The notes beneath the pieces were generated by a model. That model searched no databases, was not told the DNA's origin, and saw only the letters and a list, made by a program, of their open reading frames with translations. 64,000 nucleotides of DNA from Squalus acanthias. Its lineage: Eukaryota. The position numbers were made by a program, and so were the translations under genes. Shown here piece after piece: positions 47,991 to 60,799 of the stretch. Positions within the stretch are counted from its first letter, which is position 1; every line of letters starts with the position of its first letter. The stretch is taken from assembly GCA_030390025.1 (NCBI GenBank), contig CM059425.1, positions 171,804,001 to 171,868,000 on the forward strand. The letters run 5' to 3'.

Positions 47991-48462
47991 CAAAGTTGTC
48001 TATATGTGAGCCACCAGCCACATGTGGCTAATGAGGAATCCAAATGTGGCTAATTGCATTTTTGATCTGTAAATAAAAAATGAGTACTAGAAACCGTCTG
48101 TCAGCCTGTGATCTCAGTATTCACATTCGCACGACGTATGCATGTGCACTTTAACCTAAAACAGAGGGCGAGTGTTTTTTGATCGTTGTGTGTACTTCAC
48201 TTCCTTAGTTAGTGCTTATTGGTTATCTGCTAAAATGGTGGGTAACACAATTGAAAATGCTAGACTTCAGCACCATGGAAATATCAGCAACATTGGGAAA
48301 CTGTCAGCATGGTCAGCTCGGCCAGATCAGAATAACCGCTCCAGGCCAGGAGCAGAAACCAAGCCCAATCTTTTGTCTCCAGTTCTAATACAATCATGTA
48401 AACACAGCATTATTCACGTCACAATTTTATTTGCATAACCATATACATTTTGGACACCCCTG
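47991..48462. mobile_element. hAT (Charlie/MER3-like) non-autonomous element
   Basis: AGCCACCAGCCACATGTGGCTA subterminal motif; right end TTGGACACCCCTG. Confidence 0.55.
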
Positions 48463-48477
48463 ATTCCTAACAGTACA

Positions 48478-49025
48478 ATTCTACTCACCATATTATAAAA
48501 AGGATATAGAGGCACTGGAGAGGGTGCAAAAAAGCTTTACAAGGATGATATCAGAAATGCGAGGGTGTATCTATCAGGAAAGGATGAACAGGCTGGGTGG
48601 GTCTCTTTTCGTTTGAAAAACAAAAGTTGAGGGGTGACCTAATTGAGGTCTTTAAAATTATGAAAGGTTTTGATAGAGTCGCTACAGAGAGAATGTTTCC
48701 ACTTGTGGGGAAGAGCATAACTAGAGGTCATCAATATAAGATAGTCACCAAGAAATCCAATAGGGAATTCAGAAGAAACTTCTTTACCCAAAGAGTGGTG
48801 AGAACGTGCAACTCGCTACCACAGGGAGTAGTTGAGGCAAATAGTATAGATGCATTTAAGGGGAGGCTTGATAAGCATATGAGGGAGAAGGGAATAGAGG
48901 GTTAATGCTGACAGATTTAGATGAGGAAGACGGGAGGAGGCTCGAGTGGATCATAAACGCCGGCATGGACTGGCTGGGCCAAATGGCCTGTTTCTGTGCC
49001 GTATATCCTATGTAATCCTATGTAT
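48478..49025 (+). mobile_element. CR1 3' fragment
   Basis: ORF 48597-48905; highly similar to the reverse complement of 25541-26080. Confidence 0.9.
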
Positions 49026-52000
49026 ATTTAAATGAGCCTCCTTTCCTGAGCCAGTGCTGAGAGATGGGAGCAGCCGGATCCAGCAGGTAAGTGCTTTTTA
49101 TAGCACAGCTTGCGGGCCAGGAGGAGGAGTACTTCCCACCTGCCTCCCCCGGCCCCTCAAGCAAATCTTCTGTCGCGATTGGCCGAACCCCACCACCACC
49201 CCCCCGCAACCTCCAACCACGTGATATCCCCCAGATCCCCCTCCATCCCGATTGACGGTCCAACACACCCCACCAACTCCCAATCTTTCCCGATTGCGGG
49301 CTTCTACCGCTGGCTTTCTCGCCCGGCAGCCGGTCAGCCTGTCAATCTGGCCAACTGCCGGGTAGGAAACAGTGTAAAAAAAAAAGATAATGAAGTCAAA
49401 TAAATTTCCTACAAAGAACAAAGGTGCAAGTTGCTGTGCCGATGATGGAGAGATAAAGAACCAGGGACTGGTCTGCAGCCATTTTATCTGCTATATCAGT
49501 ACAAGGGAAGATCACATGACTCTTGCATGGCAACAACATTAACGTGGTATGAGCAAGAGCTGTTAAATGTAATCCATTTATGATAAATCAATCCTGATGT
49601 ACATTAAGAATAAAAAAAGGAAGAATACAACTTTCAAACACAGGTTATGGTTTACAACACAATCTGGCTTTAACTGAATACAGTAAATATTAGGACCACA
49701 AGTAGCTCTTTGCACTTTGGTGGATTCATATAATCATAGAATGGTTACAGCATGGAAGAAGGCCATTCGGCCTGTCGAGCCTGTGCCAGCTCAGCTCGTC
49801 CCACTCCCCCGCCCTTTCCCCGTAGCCCTGCAAATTTTTTTCTTTTATGTACTTATCCAACTCCCTTTTGAAAGCCATGATTGAGTCTGCCTCTACCACC
49901 CTTTCAGGCAGTGAATTCCAGATCCTAACCACTCGCTGCATAAAGATTTTTTTTTTATGTCACCTTTGGTTCTTTTACCAATCACCTTAAATCTGTGTTC
50001 TCTGGTTCTCGACCCCTCTGCCAATGGGAACAGTTTCTCTCTATCTACTCTGTCCAGACCCTTCCTGATTTTGAACACCTCTATCAAATCTCCTCTCAAT
50101 CTTCTCTGCTCAAAGGAGAACAACCCCAGCTTCACCAGTCTATCCACATTACTGAAGTCCCGCATCCCTGGAATCATTCTCATAAATCTTTTCTGCACCC
50201 TCTCTGAGGCCTTCACATCCTTCCTAAAGTGCGGTGCCCAGAATTGGACATAATACTCCAGTTGAGGCCGAACCAGTGTTTTAAACAGGTTCATCATAAT
50301 TTCCACACTTTTGTACTCTATGCCTCTATTCATGAAGCCCAGGATCCCGTAAGCTTTTTTAACTGCCACCTTCAACGATTTGTGCACGTACACACCTAGG
50401 TCTCTCTGTTCATGCACCCACTTTAGGATTGTACCCTTCAGTTTATATGTCCTTTCTTCATTCTTTATACCAAAATGTATCACTTCGCATTTTTCTGCGT
50501 TAAATTTCATCTGCCACATGTTCGCCCATTCCACCAGCCTGTCTGTGTCCTCTTGAAGTCTATCACTATCTTCCTCACTGTTCACTATACTTACAAATTT
50601 TGTGTCAACTGGAAATTTTGAAATTATGCCCTGCACACCCACATCCGTCATTAATATATATCAAGAAAAGCAGCGGTCATAGAACCGACCCCTGGGGAAC
50701 ACCACTGTATACCTTCCTCCAGTCCGACAAACAACCGTTCATCACTACTCTCTGTTTCCTGTCACTTAGCCAATTTTGTATCCATGCTGCCACTGTCCCT
50801 TTTATTCCAGAGGCTTCAACCTTGCTGGCAAGCCTATTATGTGGCACTTTGTCGAACGTCTTTTGGAAATCCATGCACACCACATTAACCACATTGCCCT
50901 CATCAACCCTCTCTGTTACCTCATCAAAAAACTCAATGAAGTTGGTTAAACACGATTTGCCTTTAACAAATCCATGCTGGCTTTCCTTAATTAATCCACA
51001 CTTGTCCAAGTGACTGTTAATTTTGTCGCAGATTATCGTTTCTAAAAGCTTCCCCACTCCCGAGGTTAAACTGACTGGCCTACAGTTGCTGGGTTTATCT
51101 TTACACCCTTTTTTGAACAAGGGTGTAACATTTGCAATTCTTCAGTCCTTTGGCGCCACTCCCATTTCTAAGGAGGATTGGAAGATTATGGCCAGTACCT
51201 CTGCGATTTCTTCCTTCACTTCCCTCAGTATCCTAGGATGCATCCCATCCGGTCCTGGTGACTTATCTACTTTAGGTATAGCCAGCCTTTCCAGTACCTC
51301 ATCTTTATCAATTTTTATACCATCCAGTATCTCGTCTACCTCCTCCTCGCTATGTCTATGGCAGCATCTTCTTCCTTGATGAAGACAGATGCAAAGTACT
51401 CATTTAGTACCTCAGCCATGCCCTCTGCCTCCATGCGTAGGTCTCCTTTTTGGTCCCTAATCAGCCCCACCCCTCCTCTTACTACCCGTTTACTATTTAT
51501 ATGCCTATAGAAGACTTTTGCATTACCTTTTATGTTAGCTGCCAATCTATTCTCATAACCTCTCTTTGCCCCTCTTATTTTCTTTTTCACTTCTCCTCTG
51601 AACTTTCTATATTTAGCCTGATTCTCAGATGTATTCTCAACCTGACATCTGTCATATGCGCTCTTTTTCTGCTTCATCTTACTCTCTATCTGTTTCGTCA
51701 TCCAGGGAGCTCTGACTTGAGTTGCCCTACCTTTCCCCCTAGTGGGAATGTACCTCAACTGTCCCTGAACTATTTCCTCTTTAAAGGCAGCCTATTGTTC
51801 CACTACAGTTTTGCCTGCCAATCTTTGAATCCAATTTACCCAGGCCAGATCCGTTCTCATCCCACTGAAATTGGCCTTCGTCCAATTAAGTATTTTTACT
51901 CTAGATTGCTCCCTGTCCTTTTCCATAGCTAATCTAAACCTTATGATATTATGATCACTGTTCCCTAAATGTTCACCGACTGACAGTTGCTCCACTTGAC

Positions 52001-53654
52001 CTACCTCATTTCCCAGAACCAGCATTTCCTCCTTCCTCGTTGGGCCAGAAACGTACTGATCAAGAAAGATCTCCTGAACACACTTCAGAAATTCTTCCCC
52101 CTCTCTGCCCTTTACACTATTACTATCTCAGTCTATATTAGGATAGTTGAAGTCCCCCATTATCACTACTTTATAGTTCTTGCATCTCTCTGCAAATTTG
52201 CTCCTCAATATTTTTCCCACTAGTTGGTGGTCTATAAAATACACCTCTATTATTTCTTAACTCTAGCCATATAGATTCTATCCTTGACTCCTCCAGAACA
52301 GCCCCTCTCTCCAACACTGTAACATTCTCCTTAATCAAAACTGCCACACCACCACCTATCTTTCCTTCCTGATCTTTCCTGAACATCCTATATCCAGGAA
52401 TATTTAATACCCATTCCTGCTCTTTTTTGAGTCAGGTCTCCGTCATTGCCACGACATCATATTCCCATGTGGCTATTTGCACCTGCAGCTCACCAACCTT
52501 GTTTACTATGCTTCGTGCATTCACATACATACACTGTAAACCTATCTTAGACCATCCTGTGCTCTCTCTTAGTTTGACCCCACCTAATGCCTCACTATTT
52601 CTTACTTTCATGCTATCCTTTGTGCCCATTGTTCCTCCTTTCTAATGCTACATCCTGGTGCCATCCCCCTGCCAATTTAGTTTAAACCCTCCCCAGCAGC
52701 ACTAGCAAACCTCCCCGCGGGATACTGGTTCCGGCTCTGTTGAGGTGCAAGCCATCCGGCCTGTACAGGTCCCACCTCCCCCAGGAACCTAAAGCCCTCC
52801 CTCCTGCATCATCTCTCCAGCCATGCATTCATTTGCTCTATTCTCCTATTTCTGTACTCACTCGCGCGTGGCACCGGGAGTAATCCAGAGATTACTACCT
52901 TTGAGGTCCTGCTTTTTAATCTCTTTCCTAGCTCCCTGAAATCTGCCTGCAGGACCTCATCCCTCTTTCTACCTATGTCGTTGGTACCAATAGGGACCAC
53001 GACCTCTGGCTGTTCACCCTCCCCCGAGAATGTTCTGTAGCCGCTCAGTGACATACTTAACCCTGGCACCAGGGAGGCAACATATTATCCTGGAGTCACG
53101 TCTGCGGCCGCAGAAACGTCTGTCTGCTCCCTTAACTATTGAATCCTGTACCACTAATGCTTTCCCCATCTTCCTCCTCCCCCCCTGTACAGCTGAGCCA
53201 CCCGTGGTGTTGTGGAATTGGCTCTGGCTGCACTCCCCAGAGGAACCATCGCCCTCACCAGTAGAATACTGGTTGGAGAGCGAGATGCACTCAGGGGACT
53301 CCTGCACTACCTGCCTGATCCTCCTCTTCTGTCTGGCGGTCAGCCATTCCCTCTCTACCTGCGCACTCTTTAGCCGTGGGGTGACCACCTCCTGAAACGT
53401 GCTATCCACGTAGCTCTCAGCCTCACGGATGCACCGCAGTGAAGCCAGCTGCTGTTCAAGCTCCGAAACCCGGAGCTCGAACTCCTTCAGCTGACGACAC
53501 CTCCAGCACACGTGGTTGTCCAGGACATGGGAAGCGTCCTTGAGTTCCCACATGGCACAGGATGTGCATTCCGCTGGACCGAGCTGCCCTGCCATGCCTT
53601 TATTTATTCGACTATTAACTAACTTTACAGAAACTTAAGACTAAGATGTATCTA

Positions 53655-54100
53655 AACATAGAAACATAGAAACTAGGAGCAGGAGTAGGCCATTCGGCCC
53701 GTCGAGCCTGCTCCACCATTCAATACGATCATGGCTGATCATCCAAATCCAGTACCCTGTCCCTGCTTTCTCACACCGAATCCCCACATCGAGCCTGCAC
53801 CTATCCCACCCGATCTCCGTAACCCCACGTATTTAATTCCCCCTAACATATCCCATCCTATCCCCATAACCCCACATATTTAATCCCCCCCTAACACTAA
53901 GGGTCAATTTATCATAGCCAAATCAACCTAACCCGCACATTTTTGGACTGTGGGAGGAAACCGGAGCACCCGGAGGAAACCCACGCAGACACGGGGAGAA
54001 TGTGCAAACTCCACACAGACAGTCACCCGAGGTCAGATTCGAACCCGGGTCTCTGGCGCTGTGAAGCACCAGTGCTAACCACTATGCCACCGTGTTGCCC
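53655..54100 (-). mobile_element. HE1-type V-SINE inserted in the CR1 5' UTR
   Basis: tRNA head; V-domain TGTGTGGAGTTTGCACATTCTCCCCGTGTCTGCGTGGGTTTCCTCCGGGTGCTCCGGTTTCCTCCCACAGTCCAAA; CR1-derived tail with (TTTCTATG)n. Confidence 0.92.
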
Positions 54101-54291
54101 TAATTCAAGTTATTAATATAATATAGTATTAACAGTTACTAATCTCCAAGCTCCTGCTTTATTCCGAACCAGCTATTTAACCCCGGTCTCTAACTTGAAA
54201 AGGAAAAAAAAGGTGTGACCTTTACCAACCAATCAGTTACCAGCTGTCCTGTGAGATCAGTCCTTGTATTTTTTTTTAAATCGCTGCTCAG

Positions 54292-54472
54292 CTCCCTTTA
54301 CTGCCACTCCCGCTCCGGTCTGCGCTCTGTCCTGGGCCTTCTCCGCCTCTCCCTTTACTGCCACTCCCGCTCCGGTCTGCGCTCTGTCCTGGGCCTTCTC
54401 CGCCTCTCCCTTTATTGCCACTCCCACTCCGGTCTGCGCTCTGTCCTGGGCCTTCTCCGCCTCTCCCTTTAT
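54292..54472. repeat. 57-bp tandem repeat, about 3.2 copies, at the CR1 5' end
   Basis: CTCCCTTTACTGCCACTCCCGCTCCGGTCTGCGCTCTGTCCTGGGCCTTCTCCGCCT starting at 54292, 54349 and 54406. Confidence 0.95.
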
Positions 54473-54875
54473 GCTGCTGCCGCTTAGATTCTAATTATCG
54501 ATTAGATCCGAATATTCTAATAGATGCACTAAAATGCACAAGTCTTTGTGCTGCTTAAGTTTTCAAAGAAAAATTATTATTTTTGGCGGCATGTATGGTT
54601 TTCAAAAATACACACGAAGTAGAATAATTTGTTTCCTGCTGCTTTATACTTGTGGCTTCACATTTTCACAACATGATCTGCCAATTAGCTGAAAAATTCA
54701 AACCAGTTCCTGGAGCCTCATGTTTACCAGCTCTCCCACCCAACTTTTGCCATGCATTTGGTGCTGGTCCAACAATGCTTTTGTTTTGTTGTAGTGATGA
54801 TCACTGATTCCCATTACATTCCTCACCCTCCAAAACTAGTACAAATCTTTATTACATGGTGCAAAAATTTATGAT

Positions 54876-55312
54876 GCAAACAGAAGATGCTGGAAATACT
54901 CAGCAGGTCAGGCAGCATCTGTGGAGAGAGAAACAGAGTTAACATTTCAGGTCGGTGACCTGTCGTCAGCTGTTGATGATTCTGCCATTCCCATTTACAC
55001 CTCTTCTAGACTCATCTTTTGTTTCTTTACTTGTCCCCCTACCATCTCCTTTTGCTTTGTACAATCATACCTTTTGTCATTTACTCTATACTGCCTTCCA
55101 CCCTATCACAGACCTTCCCTTTTGTTCTTTCCTCCCCTCCCCCCTTTCCCTGCACTTGCTTAAAATCTGTTGCATCTCTAACTTTTTCCAGTTCTGACGA
55201 AAAGTCAGCGACCTGAAACGTTAACTCAGTTTCTCTCTCCACAGATGCTGAGTATTTCCAGCATTTTCTGTTTTTATTTCAGATTTCCAGCATCCGCAGT
55301 ATTTTGCTTTTC
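54876..55312. mobile_element. Penelope (family B) non-coding element with inverted pseudo-LTRs
   Basis: Minus-strand pLTR at 54876-54970 and plus-strand pLTR with hammerhead motif at 55190-55226. Confidence 0.87.
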
Positions 55313-56207
55313 TAAAAGAGAAAGTTAGTTTTCACCAAAACTAGTAATGATAAATAGCTGCACCTGAATAACCCATCTTTCCTTCCACATGCTGTGCATT
55401 TCAAGCATTTCTGAAGTTCTTCCGTGGAAGATTTTAAAATGCTGTGCAGAATGAAGTAATTCTTTACGGAACTCACCGCATGAAGCAGATGAAAAGGACG
55501 TTACATTTTCTTGCTGGTGGAAAAAAATGAAATGCTACAAGTTGGCGATCTCCAGATTTCATCAGCATGGTTCACTATGCCTGACAAAGAATTGTGAGCA
55601 AATGCTGAGATTGGTCATTTATTATAGTAGGGTACCCATCTGCTCTAAAAAAACCTCTTTAATTGCATCAAAAGCTTCACAGTGTTTAATTTTGGAAAAA
55701 TGTTCTTGTGCCACATGTTTAAAAATCTACTATTTCTATCATTAATAAGTAGGACACAAGGATTTGGGCCTCTAGCTACATGGGCTGAATCTGATTTAGT
55801 TCAGTTCCCAAGAACACTGTATTTTAAGGAATGGTAGGGATTGGATGAAATTAAATATTTATAGGTGACAACTTTACTTTCCATTTATTTAGCCCTTGGA
55901 CATGATATCTACCAGGATACTGAACTGTCCTCAATTCATGTAAAGCCATTATTAAATATATAGATTTATCAACAATAGAATCAGACGGTTGGTATGGTTT
56001 GTTGGAATTCCATTATACTGTGCCCGAGACCCAGATTCCCACTCACATTGCACATGCAAATTCCTAATCTTAGCCATATTAAGAAATATTTTTGCTCAAA
56101 GGGTTATAAGAATATAGAATGCAAATGATCACAAGTAGCCACTGAAGCTGAATCAACCACAATATACAACAAGAAATCAAATACATGAAGAAAAATACTG
56201 ACGGGTA

Positions 56208-56518
56208 CCTAGGAACATAGGAACTGGAGAAGGCCATTGAGCCCCTCGAGCTTGTTCTGCCATTCAATGAGATATGGCTGATCTGCCACCTAACTCCATA
56301 TACCCGCCTTTGGCCATATCCCTTAATACTTTTAGTTAACAAAACACCATCAATCTCCGATTTAAAATTAACAATTGATCTAGCATCAATTGCCATTTGT
56401 GGAAGAGAATTCCAAACTTCTACCACCCTTTGTGTGTAGAAGTGTTTGCTAATTTCACTCCTGAAAGGTCTGGCTCTAATTTTTAGACTATGCCCCCTAG
56501 TCCTAGAATCCTCAACCA
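56208..56518 (-). mobile_element. CR1 3' fragment
   Basis: VEVWNSLPQ..FKSEID; (TTCCTATG)n-like tail. Confidence 0.85.
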
Positions 56519-56684
56519 GAGTAAAGGCATGGGATTAGATCTGATAAGGAGTTAGCTCTGGCACAGGCACATTAGGTTGAATAACTTTTTCTGTGCTGAA
56601 ATTGCTATGATTACATATGCTTCCATGTCAATATTATCCCTGTTATAAATTCCTATATCCACATTTATAATGTCAACTACATAG

Positions 56685-57121
56685 AAAGAAGAAAGACTTG
56701 CATTTATATAGCGCCTTTCATGACCACCGGACATCTCAAAGCGCTTTACAGCCAATTAAGTACTTTTGAAGTATAGTCACTGTTGTAATGTGGGAAACAC
56801 GCAGCAAATTTGCGCACAGCAAGCTGTTTTTTTCTGTTATGTTGATTGAGGGATAAATATTGGCCAGCACACCGGGGATAACTCCCCTGCTCTTCTTCGA
56901 AATAGTGCCAAGGGATCTTTTACGTCCACCTGAGAGAGAAGACGGGGCCTCAGTTTAACGTCTCATCTGAAAGGCAGCACCTCCAACTGTGCAGCAGTCC
57001 CTCGGCACTGCACTGGAGAATCAGCCTAGATTTATGTGCTCAAGTCCCTGGAGTGGGACTTGAACCCACAACCTTCTGACCCCGAGGCGAGTGTGCTACC
57101 CACTGAGCCACAGCTGACAGT
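56685..57121 (-). mobile_element. DeuSINE (SacSINE1-like), full length
   Basis: tRNA head, Deu core GGCACTATTTCGAAGAAGAGCAGGGGAGTTATCCCCGGTGTGCTGGCCAA, tail TATATAAATGCAAGTCTTTCTT. Confidence 0.85.
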
Positions 57122-57254
57122 GTACATAAATCATCACTCTGCGGTGGCACTGAAGCAACTAATTTATTTTTTTACATCTTCGAGCTCCCCAGCCTCTACT
57201 GCAAAGAAACTCCTATGTTGCAATCAGCTCCAAGGAGGTGAAATTGAATAGCAC

Positions 57255-57820
57255 TGGCCTATTGGCGCTTAGTGGGTAGGCACGAGACAGACCTGATGTT
57301 GGGCCTCAGTTAAATTAGACCAGAGAGCTGCGGACGCCTGCTGCCAGCGAAGCAAATTTAAACTTGAGGGCTCTGCATCGTTGGCAGCAGTCCTCAGGTG
57401 ATCGAGAGGGGAGGGAGGCGATCGGAGGGGGGAAAAGGGGACGAGTGGGGGCTGGCAACCACCTTCGGGACTGCTATGGAGCGGGGTGCAGCATTCCTGC
57501 TTAACTTTTGCTGGCAGCCTCCAGCCGTCCCTTTAAGGTTTGGTGGTTAGGCCACCTGTCGACTTAAGTTATCTGGAATGCAGCCGGCCATGTTCAAGGC
57601 AGCCCATTTTCAGGAGGAGCTCCTGAAACAGGTGTTAGGCCCCCTATTTGTATCTGCAATGTGCCTATCACCTGTCCCAGGTGCAGGCCCTGGACACCTG
57701 TACTTCAGCCTTTACCAGAAAGGTGGGTGGTGTACTTTTGGAGTGGAATGTCATATTGGACACTTCTGCCCCCGCTTTATGCCTGTACAATGATTGCACA
57801 GTCAACAAATTTCTAGGCCC
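57255..57820. mobile_element. Harbinger-type MITE (old)
   Basis: Right end AAATTTCTAGGCCC; GC-rich body; left TIR degenerate. Confidence 0.5.
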
Positions 57821-58059
57821 ACCCGTACGTTTTTTTTCAAATAAACTATAAATAAATTAAGGACACAATGTATGACTCCCAAATGCAGACTGAGTTAGCT
57901 GCCAACACCTTGGTCCAATTATTCCTAACTCCAACCCTGCTTCATCATATTAAAGATTCTGTATATATATATGCACACTTCCTGTCCAACTTCCAGCGGT
58001 CATGATTTTTGATAATACTTTTATGACATTTACACTGTTAAAATGGTGTGCATTTATGT

Positions 58060-60540
58060 CAATCACCTGGACCTGATGGCTTACATCCTAGAGTCTTGAA
58101 GGAAGTGGCGGTAGGGATTGTAGATGCATTGGTAATAATTTTTCAAAACTCCCTGGATTCCGCTAAGGTCCCGGCAGACTGGAAAACTGCTAATGTAACA
58201 CCCTTATTTAAAAAGGGCAGTAGACAGAAGGCTGGTAACTATAGACCGGTTAGCCTAACATCTGTGGTAGGTAAAATTTTGGAGTCCATTATTAAGGAAA
58301 CAGTAACAGGACATTTGGATAATCATAATTTAATAGGACAAAGTCAGCATGGTTTTACGAAGGGGAAGTCATGTTTGACAAATTTGCTGGAGTTCTTTGA
58401 GGAAGTAACATATAGAGTGGATAAAGGGGAACCAGTGGACGTAGTGTATTTAGACTTCCAAAAGGCATTTGACAAGGTGCCACACAAAAGATTATTGCTT
58501 AAGGTAAAAAATCACGGGATTGGGGGTAATATTCTGGCATGGATAGAGGATTGGCTATCTAACAGAAAGCAAAGAGTTGGGATAAATGGTTCATTCTCAG
58601 ACTGGCAATCAGTAACTAGTGGTGTTCCACAGGGGTCAGTGCTGGGTCCCCAACTCTTTACAATCTATATTAACGATTTGGAGGAAGGGACCAAGTGTAA
58701 CATATCAAAATTTGCAGATGATACAAAGATGGGAGGGAAAGTAGTGAGTGAGGAGGACATAAAAAACCTGCAAGGGGACATAGACAGGCTAAGTAAGTGG
58801 GCAGAGATTTGGCAGATGGAATACAACACTGGAAAGTGTGAGGTGATGCACTTTGGCAGGAAAAATCCTAGAGCAATTTATTATCTTAATGGCAAGAAAC
58901 TGGAGAGTACTGAAGTGCAAAGGGATCTGGGGGTCCTGGTGCACGAAACTCAAAAGGTTAGTATGCAGGTGCAGCAAGTGATTAAGAAGGCAAATGGAAT
59001 GATGGCTTTCATTGCTCGGGGGATAGAATATAAAAATAGGGAGGTATTGCTTCAGTTGTACAAGGTATTGGTGAGACCGCACCTGGAATACTGCATACAG
59101 TTTTGGTGTCCTTACTTAAGGAAAGACATCCTTGCTCTCGAGGCAGTGCAAAAAAGGTTCACTCGGTTAATCCCGGGGATGAGGGGGTGGTCATATGAGG
59201 AGAGGTTGGGTAGATTGGGACTCTACTCATTGGAGTTCAGAAGAATGAGAGGCGATCTTATTGAAACATATAAGATTGTGAAGGGGTTGGATCGGGTGGA
59301 TGCGGGGAGGATGTTCCCGATGACGGGTGAGACGAGAACTAGGGGACATAGGGGTAAAAATTGAGTCGCGCCCCATTTGGGGCGCTAACCTCGCCGGGGC
59401 GCGACTTTTAGTGCCCCGAAAAAATTAGCGGCCCCGCGCCGGAACTTCAGTGGTTGCGCCCCAAGAGGGAAGCGGGGCGCAACTGGAAGCACCCCGCATC
59501 CCTCTTGGGGCGCTGCGAGTGAATATCCTGGCGCTACGTGCCGCAGCGCCACGCGCTGCGGCACGTCGCGCCGCGGTATTGCAGGCCTTCCTCCCCTTCT
59601 TAAAGGGGAGAGGCCTTGCGCAGCGCGAACCGGGGCCCAGCTGGGCTCCCAGGGATCGGGAGTGCCGGCAAAAGAGCCCGGCACTCAAGAGAAGTGCCGG
59701 GCTCTTGGAGCGCAGCCGGCACTTCACGGGGGCCGGGGACAGCAACGGGGGCAGGTGCTGGCAGGCGGCCAGCAACAAAAATGGCCGCCTGCCACCTCCC
59801 CTTTAAATATCGCCGCCCCGGCCGCACGTACGCCCCCCTGAACCCGTCGGACATAGCGTCTGGCGGTAAATCAGGGGGCGCGACTGAAGATCACGGCCGG
59901 GGCGCTGCGCACGGCGATGACGTCATCGCCGGCGGCGCAGCGCCACAGGGCGCTACCGGCTGCCGCCGCCGCTAACCTCCCACTAAATTTTTCGGGAGGC
60001 GTGGGCGGCGCTGCGCCCAGGCGTTAGCTGCTTTACGCCCCATTAGCGCCCATTTAAGGCGCTAACGGGAGGCGCAAGCAGCTGAATTTTTCCCCCATAG
60101 TCTTAGAATAAGGGGCTGCTCTTTCAAAACTGAGATGAGGAGGAACTACTTCACTCAGAGGGTGGTAGGTCCATGGAATATGCTGCCACAAAAAGCTGTA
60201 GAAGCTACAACATTAATTAAATTTAAAACAGAAATAGACAGTTTCCTAGAAGTAAAGGGCATTAAGGGTTACGGGGAGCGGGCAGGAATTTGGACATGAG
60301 TCTAGGTTCGGATCGGTCATGGCCCTGTGGGTAGTGGAGCGGGCCCAGGGACCGTGTAGCCTGATTCTGCTCCTATTTCGTGTGTGCAATTCTGTTAGAT
60401 GCAGGAGATGGTTCTGTGATAGATAGTAGATTGGCGGTTAGGATCAGATCAGCCATGATCTTATTGAATGGCGGAGCAGGCTCGAGGGGCCGATTGGCCT
60501 ACTCCTGCTCCTATTTCTTATGTTCTTATGTTCTTATGTT
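58060..60540 (+). mobile_element. Young 5'-truncated CR1 (RT to 3' end) split by a MITE
   Basis: 438-aa open RT ORF 58048-59364 ending ETRTRGH; resumes SLRIRG at 60097; (TTCTTATG)n tail. Confidence 0.95.
59351..60096. mobile_element. GC/CpG-rich Harbinger-type MITE
   Basis: ATA TSD; TIRs GGGGTAAAAATTGAG / CTGAATTTTTCCCCC; removing it restores CR1 ACTAGGGGACATAGTCTTAGAATAAGG. Confidence 0.93.
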
Positions 60541-60799
60541 CCTCTGTAAACTGTTGCAAGTCATGATGTAGCTGCAGACATGTGCCACAAGGTGGCACTG
60601 TGGCATGAGTCAGCCACTTCTGTCTGGTCAACCATTTTGTTGTTTATCCTTCTATTTTAACTTGTAAGAGAAAATCTGCTTTAAATTGTTAATAAAATAT
60701 AAAATAAATAAGAAATCTGTATTTACATCACACATTTCACATCCTCCAAATGTCCCAAAGCACTGCTAAATCCAATTAATTACTTTTTCATCCACCCTT

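Larger units (their letters stand above)
49726..54490 (-). mobile_element. Near full-length, disabled CR1 LINE (5' UTR, ORF1, ORF2)
   Basis: ORF1 MAGQLGPAECTSCAMWE..C..C with coiled coil and SGNH esterase (DSIVKG, IGTNDIG, PDGLHLN) at ~52700-53595; fragmented APE-RT at 49880-52630; TTCTATGATTATG tail. Confidence 0.92.

Noticed and set aside
54020..54100. tRNA gene
   Set aside because: The A/B boxes belong to a SINE head that continues into the V-domain; the same applies to 6662, 28830, 35414 and 57050.
55478..55514. Minus-strand 37-nt micro-exon candidate
   Set aside because: Splice-like signals are present, but it is not frame-preserving and has no recognisable peptide; such sites arise by chance in 64 kb.
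59385..59975. Several overlapping Ala/Arg/Gly-rich ORFs
   Set aside because: By-product of very high GC content inside a MITE; no domain is recognisable.
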